A stretch of DNA of 36,640 bases from a virus: positions 1 through 36,640 of IMG/VR virus record IMGVR_UViG_3300033552_000033; one strand, given 5' to 3'. Below, in pieces: positions 31,659 through 36,640 of this stretch. The position numbers and the translations under genes were made by a program. Numbering within the stretch: position 1 is the first letter of the stretch; each line of letters starts with the position of its first letter. The notes under the pieces are model-generated. The model did not search any database, had not been told where the DNA came from, and saw only the letters and a program-made list of their open reading frames with translations.

Positions 31659-31988
31659 ATGAAAGTACTTTTTTTATTAGAAGCCTTGAAATTTAGCTTA
31701 ATACCAAGAAAATATCCTATTATTTCCGACATATTAACGCTTAATCTAAGGAATGAGACTACAGGATTGGTTATAAATCCTGCAATAACTTTTACCGTTA
31801 CGGATAAGTTAAATATAACAATCACAGCACAGCCTTTAGACTTCAAAACTCAAAATAAATACGAGGTTACGATCTTAAAAGGTTCTGAAATTATCTACAA
31901 AGGCAAATTAATAGTACTTGAATCAGGTACAGACGTACAAAATTATAATTATGGCAGCCAAACCACAAGTAAATACAGTTTCAAATAG
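31659..31988 (+). CDS. Hypothetical small beta-rich protein
   Basis: 109-aa ORF overlapping the portal start. Confidence 0.4.
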   Translation: MKVLFLLEALKFSLIPRKYPIISDILTLNLRNETTGLVINPAITFTVTDKLNITITAQPLDFKTQNKYEVTILKGSEIIYKGKLIVLESGTDVQNYNYGSQTTSKYSFK

Positions 31989-33096
31989 TTATCATTCTTT
32001 TGAGGGAGTTGTTAAATTCAGTGCCTACCAACCTATTGACATTAAACCATTGTATGGCAGAAAGTGGGTAACGAATGGCGCAAATAATGTAAACTTTAAA
32101 ACCTACAAAGATGCTTACGATGACAGCCCTACAAATGCAAGTATTATAAATGCGTTTGTAAATTATGTGTATGGTGAGGGGTTGATCGATAAAGCAGGAA
32201 AAGAACAATTATACTCCAATGTAAAAGCAATTATATCTCCAGAAGATCAATTACTAATTTGTCAAGACTACAAAACTTATGGAGGTTATGCGGCACAAAT
32301 TATTTGGAATGCAGCGATCAAACAGACCGACAGAAAGCCGTTAAAAATTGAGTATATGCCTATTTATAAACTAGGTGTAAACTATGACGGTGAAAATAAA
32401 GTAGATGGGTATTGGTATTCTTACGATTGGGGAAACCGTGCCAGATACCAACCTAAACTATATCCTAAATTCACAGGTAAAGATAACGGTAAAAACTTAG
32501 AAATACTTTACGTACGTAGACCAACTGCCGAGCCTTTTTTTCCTATTCCAGATTATTTAAGTGGGTTGTATTGGGCAAGTGTTGAGGGTGAACTTGCAAA
32601 CTCCGCTTTGCATCATTTTAAAAACTCAATTGAAGATTTAACTATTATCAACTACAATAATGGAAGAATACGCGACAAAGCAGCGGCAACAAAAGAAGCT
32701 GACAAGGTGCGTAATGATGTAGTAGGAACAAACAACCGAAGTAGGGTTATTGTAGCTTTTAATGACGGTGTAGAAGAAGCGGTAGTAGTTGACAGAATTA
32801 GCCCCCCAGAATTAAACCAACAAAATGTATTCTATGCTGAAGAAGCTGAAAGAAAACTAATTGTAGCACATAGCGCACCGCCTGTATTATTTGCAGGATC
32901 AAACAGTGGAAATGGTTTTAGTTCAAATGCTGATGAAATCGCAGTAGCAACAAAAGGACTTTACCGCAGGCACATAAACCCGATGCGAGAAATTATATTA
33001 AACGGTTTGCAATCGGTTTTTGACTTGATTAATAACGAAGTTATTTTAGACTTCAAAGACTTCAAAGAAGAAGAAACCATAACAACAGCGGAATAA
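31951..33096 (+). CDS. Portal protein
   Basis: GRKWVTNGANNVNF...SPTNASIINAFVNYVYGEGL at the N-terminus and VIVAFNDGVEEAVVVDRI...ERKLIVAHSAPPVLFAG at the C-terminus match typical portal blocks. The start is ATG 31951 or 31918. Confidence 0.65.
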   Translation: MAAKPQVNTVSNSYHSFEGVVKFSAYQPIDIKPLYGRKWVTNGANNVNFKTYKDAYDDSPTNASIINAFVNYVYGEGLIDKAGKEQLYSNVKAIISPEDQLLICQDYKTYGGYAAQIIWNAAIKQTDRKPLKIEYMPIYKLGVNYDGENKVDGYWYSYDWGNRARYQPKLYPKFTGKDNGKNLEILYVRRPTAEPFFPIPDYLSGLYWASVEGELANSALHHFKNSIEDLTIINYNNGRIRDKAAATKEADKVRNDVVGTNNRSRVIVAFNDGVEEAVVVDRISPPELNQQNVFYAEEAERKLIVAHSAPPVLFAGSNSGNGFSSNADEIAVATKGLYRRHINPMREIILNGLQSVFDLINNEVILDFKDFKEEETITTAE

Positions 33097-33563
33097 TGAA
33101 ACTCTTTTTACAACCCAACGACATAGCAAGCCTAACAGGATTCAATGGTAATATTGACAATGATAGTATTAAACCCGCTATCAATACAGCTCAAACAACA
33201 CAGGTTAAACGTGTATTAGGCACTAAATTATATGATAAGATTTATACGGATTTAAATACTTTATCTGGTAATTACGCAACGATTTTTAATGATTACGTAG
33301 TTTATATGACTGCCTTTTTTACGGCTTCAATTTATTTGAGTTTATCGGTTGACAAAGTGGCAAACGGTGGAGTATTCAAACTAAGCGCAGAAAATGCGAC
33401 CAATACAAGCGATGCAAAAATAAACACTTTATCAAAGAATTATGAAGCAATAGCAATCAGCTACGAGAATAATTTTAAGGATTTTATGGAAACTATTACT
33501 ATTCCAGAATACGGAATAGAAGAAAAAGAAACAGAAAATACAAACTATATACCTTGGTATTAA
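33096..33563 (+). CDS. Putative head-tail connector/adaptor
   Basis: 155 aa, follows the portal with an ATGA overlap. The N-terminal DIASLTGFNGNIDNDSIKPAINTAQTTQVKRVLG resembles gp6-like adaptors. Confidence 0.35.
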   Translation: MKLFLQPNDIASLTGFNGNIDNDSIKPAINTAQTTQVKRVLGTKLYDKIYTDLNTLSGNYATIFNDYVVYMTAFFTASIYLSLSVDKVANGGVFKLSAENATNTSDAKINTLSKNYEAIAISYENNFKDFMETITIPEYGIEEKETENTNYIPWY

Positions 33564-34055
33564 ATGGCTAAAATAAATCATAATATATCAAATCCGAATG
33601 ATGGTTTGGGCGATCAGTTAAGGACAGGTTTTAGTAATCAAAACTTAATGAATGCTGAACTTTACGAAACGAAAGTAGATAAGGTTCTAGGAAAGGGATT
33701 AACTGAAAATGAGTTTACCACTACTGAAAAGACAAAGTTATTAAATATCGCAGCAGGCGCAGAAGTAAATGTACAGCCTGATTGGGCACAAGCAGACGTT
33801 AACGCAGATAGTTTTATTAAAAACAAACCTACAATAGAGGCTTCTTTTTCTTCAATATACATCGAAAAGTTTTTATCTAATGGGATAGTAAATACGGTCA
33901 CTCTGCCAATAGGTGTAGTAGTGTTTAATTTATATATAGATAGGGGCGTAAGATACAAATTTTCAGAATGGACTCAAACGAATGAAATAGTGACAATACT
34001 AGGCGATATTTTACTAGCAGGAGCAGACGTATACATAACAGGAATGAAAGCATAA
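33564..34055 (+). CDS. Putative tail fibre/baseplate-associated protein
   Basis: GLTENEFTTTEKTKLLNIAAGAEVN resembles a repeat common at fibre N-termini. Confidence 0.4.
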   Translation: MAKINHNISNPNDGLGDQLRTGFSNQNLMNAELYETKVDKVLGKGLTENEFTTTEKTKLLNIAAGAEVNVQPDWAQADVNADSFIKNKPTIEASFSSIYIEKFLSNGIVNTVTLPIGVVVFNLYIDRGVRYKFSEWTQTNEIVTILGDILLAGADVYITGMKA

Positions 34056-34070
34056 ATCAAAACAAACAAA

Positions 34071-36236
34071 ATGAAAAAAGTATTATTTTTATTATTAATA
34101 ACGTCAATTTCATACGGTCAAGCATTATTTGACAAAGGTATAAAAATCACAGGTGGAATCGCAACGGAAAATACAGCGACAAAGGTCTTTGTGCACAGCG
34201 CAAACAACGTTCTAAACACAATAGCAAAATCAGATTTAATCGATGTATTAGAATTTGCAAGCGCAATAAATTTACCAGTTACAGGTGTATCAGGAAAGAT
34301 ATACGTAACTATTGATAATGGTAAGCTTTACCGATGGAATGGAACGGTTTATATTGAGTTAGCGCCAGCGCTAGTTACATCGGTTAACGGTTTGGTAGGT
34401 TCAGTAGTTTTAACCACTGCAAACATAGCGGATTCAACAAATAAACGCTACCAAACAGACGCACAGCAACTAAACAACGATGCTACAAGTCCGATACAAG
34501 CTCAATTAAATAGCAAAGCGCCTGCAACAGGTTCTACAAGTTATATACAAAATGATGCAGCTACTTTTCAAAGTGCTAATTTTGCAATAACAGGTTTTGG
34601 GCAATTTGGAAATACAAGGATAAGCGACAACGGGGCAAACGGTCAAATTCAATCTTTTAATTTAACCCCATTAGCTTTAAATCCTTTAGCCAGTAATGTA
34701 ATGGTTGGTACTGCAACAGACAACAATCAAGGTAAGCTCCAAGTAAACGGTAATATTACAGCCTCCACAGCAACACTATCAAATCAAGTTACTACGTTTG
34801 GACAAGTGTTTACAAGTCCAACCTTCACAGGAACACCAACAGCACCAACAGCTGTAGCAGGAACAAACACCACGCAATTAGCTACAACGGCTTTTGTTAC
34901 TAATGAATTAACTTCAAAAAGCTTTAAATCATTTTCATCTTCAACTTCTGAATCTTACGGTGATAGTATGACGGATGGATATGGCGCTACGTTAGGTTTT
35001 GATTATATGAGTTTGTTTTCTTCGTATTTTGGAGTAACAAATGTAAATAGGGCGGTTTCTGCCAGGGGAATATGGGAGGCTGTAAGATTGCATAATTTAA
35101 ACATTAATATAGGGAATGTAAAATCTTCTGTTTTAATGGCGGGATTTAATGATGTTAGAAGAGGCGGAAATGCGGTTAAAACAATATCTAAAATAAAAAA
35201 CGGATATAGAGCTATAATTGTAAATCAATTTTTAAAAACATTTGTCTCGACTAATAGCGGAAGTAGCACAATAACTTCTTCTGGAACTTGGACAAACTAC
35301 CCTTCAGCAACTTACGGTGGTAAATCTGCTTCTTTAGGTGGTTATAATTCAATAATAGGAAGCTTTAAACAGTATAATTTTACAGATAATAATGTAGTTG
35401 TTGCGTTTATAGGTAGTGATGGAGTTGGAGAAGTACATGGAAATTTTGACGTACATATTGATGGAGTTTTTAAAGGTAATTATACAGCTAACGGGACTAC
35501 AGACGGAATTTCTGATGGGTCTAATGACAACACAAGAGCGCCTTTTATTTTATATTTCGGAGGCTTAACAGATGCTTTGCATACTATTAAAATAACAGTT
35601 ACTACAGCAAATTTTGTAGTAATAGATTATTTTGGGAACTTGAAAGCACCAAGATTTACAAATCCTTTGTTTTTAGTCCAAGCTCCAAAAATGAACGCAT
35701 CAGGTTACGCAACAGCACCAGCTCTAGCAACGGATGTTATAATTAATCAATTAAATTCAGAACTAACGAATGTTATATCTGAGTTTTCGTATGATTACCC
35801 GATAATTAACGCTAAAACAAATGACTATTATAATATAGCTAATGGTTTAAGTGCCGATAACATACACCCAAACGATACAGGTTACAGGCAAATTTACAGT
35901 GCGATTATTAACGCTAGTAACTCATTGTATATAGATAAACCAACCGCAGTATCTATAAACTCCGTTAGGCAAATTTCAACAGCTACCACATTGACAGACA
36001 GTGATAATGGGCTTGTAATTATTCTTACAGGAAGTGCAACAGTAACAATACCCAATGGATTGGTATCTAATTTTGAATGTACATTAGTAACATTGACGGG
36101 AGCTACTCTTACGGTGGCGCAGGGTGGTTTAGTTACTTTATTAAATAACGCAGGAACCTCAATGGCAGAAAAATTAAGCTTCACACTAAAAAATACACTA
36201 ACTACAAATCAATATTTAACTGTAGGAAATCTTTAA
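34071..36236 (+). CDS. Tail fibre protein with an SGNH/GDSL esterase domain and a signal-peptide-like N-terminus
   Basis: Fibre motifs: GKIYVTIDNGKLYRWNG and TGTPTAPTAVAGTNTTQLATTAFV. SGNH blocks: YGDSMTDG, GFND and DNIHPND. N-terminus MKKVLFLLLITSISYGQ. Confidence 0.75.
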   Translation: MKKVLFLLLITSISYGQALFDKGIKITGGIATENTATKVFVHSANNVLNTIAKSDLIDVLEFASAINLPVTGVSGKIYVTIDNGKLYRWNGTVYIELAPALVTSVNGLVGSVVLTTANIADSTNKRYQTDAQQLNNDATSPIQAQLNSKAPATGSTSYIQNDAATFQSANFAITGFGQFGNTRISDNGANGQIQSFNLTPLALNPLASNVMVGTATDNNQGKLQVNGNITASTATLSNQVTTFGQVFTSPTFTGTPTAPTAVAGTNTTQLATTAFVTNELTSKSFKSFSSSTSESYGDSMTDGYGATLGFDYMSLFSSYFGVTNVNRAVSARGIWEAVRLHNLNINIGNVKSSVLMAGFNDVRRGGNAVKTISKIKNGYRAIIVNQFLKTFVSTNSGSSTITSSGTWTNYPSATYGGKSASLGGYNSIIGSFKQYNFTDNNVVVAFIGSDGVGEVHGNFDVHIDGVFKGNYTANGTTDGISDGSNDNTRAPFILYFGGLTDALHTIKITVTTANFVVIDYFGNLKAPRFTNPLFLVQAPKMNASGYATAPALATDVIINQLNSELTNVISEFSYDYPIINAKTNDYYNIANGLSADNIHPNDTGYRQIYSAIINASNSLYIDKPTAVSINSVRQISTATTLTDSDNGLVIILTGSATVTIPNGLVSNFECTLVTLTGATLTVAQGGLVTLLNNAGTSMAEKLSFTLKNTLTTNQYLTVGNL

Positions 36237-36239
36237 ATT

Positions 36240-36640
36240 ATGAAAAAAATAATCATATTGTTTTTACTGTCTTTAAGTTGCTTAGCTCAGTCGAATTTAG
36301 TCTTAAAACAAGTTTATGGAAATAAAAAAATAAATAGCAGTGCTTTGTTGAGCGGATTGATTGCGTATTATCCATTAGAATCTAATTCTAATGATTTAAA
36401 AAACGCGTACAACGGAGCTGACACAGCTATATCTTATATCGCATCAGGCATAGGGAACGGGGCGTCTTTTAATGGAAGTTCAAGTTTTGTATCGGTAGCT
36501 GATCAAAATGTTTTTTCTTTTACAGACGGCACAAACGACACGCCCTTTACAATAGGTTTTGGGTTAAAATTAAATGTTGTATCAGGGTATAAAGCTTTGA
36601 TTTCAAAATACACCTCAGGGAATTACGAATGGGAAATAAG
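36240..36640 (+). CDS. LamG/concanavalin-A-like lectin domain protein, 5' part (continues at nt 128 after collapsing the overlap)
   Basis: Opens with the signal-peptide-like MKKIIILFLLSLSCLAQS and is in frame with 84..473. Confidence 0.7.
   Translation, partial: MKKIIILFLLSLSCLAQSNLVLKQVYGNKKINSSALLSGLIAYYPLESNSNDLKNAYNGADTAISYIASGIGNGASFNGSSSFVSVADQNVFSFTDGTNDTPFTIGFGLKLNVVSGYKALISKYTSGNYEWEI
36514..36640. repeat. Terminal direct repeat, copy 2
   Basis: Exact 127-nt identity with 1-127. Confidence 0.9.

Larger units (their letters stand above)
1..36640 (+). mobile_element. Complete temperate tailed-phage genome, circularly closed contig (36,513 nt unique plus 127-nt terminal overlap)
   Basis: Integrase, repressor/cro region, replication, terminase, portal, capsid, tail, fibre and lysis modules are all present. 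Nt 1-127 exactly equal nt 36514-36640. Confidence 0.85.

Noticed and set aside
1-36640. Diversity-generating retroelement, retron, toxin-antitoxin pair or restriction-modification system
   Set aside because: No reverse transcriptase, no template/variable repeat pair near the fibre genes and no recognisable toxin fold was seen. The methyltransferase has no nuclease partner.

Overview
The window is a complete, circularly closed genome of a temperate tailed phage. Nt 1-127 are identical to nt 36514-36640, so the unique length is 36,513 nt and one gene (a LamG lectin-domain protein) spans the junction. The host is probably Bacteroidota/Flavobacteriia-like (inference). Supporting signs are the AT-rich sequence, A-rich leaders without Shine-Dalgarno boxes, TAnnTTTG -7 promoter boxes, an Arm-domain tyrosine integrase, a DUF3127-like SSB, and an attP core resembling a tRNA 3' end. 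Almost everything is on the + strand except the lysogeny module (8045-10099). The modules run in this order:
- lysis (549-2062)
- a small operon with a metallophosphoesterase, followed by a 300-nt non-coding structured locus
- an array of about 14 small ORFs (4170-7967)
- integrase, attP and repressors
- early genes: cro-like, orphan DNA methyltransferase, Rad52/Sak-like annealase, SSB
- replication, with iterons inside the initiator gene, an AAA ATPase and RusA
- terminase and tail genes
- a two-gene accessory island
- protease/scaffold, capsid, portal, fibres

The most unusual feature is in the small-ORF array. Nearly every intergenic gap there holds a GC-enriched folded element built from shared 14-nt inverted arms, conserved stems with variable loops, and G-U wobbles that fit only the sense strand. 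The arms also bracket individual ORFs like cassette borders. Other notable features are a 14-nt motif at six module-head promoters, a duplicated operator/promoter architecture, a terminator-containing late leader, and signal-peptide-bearing fibre proteins. All calls come from reading the sequence by eye; no searches were run.
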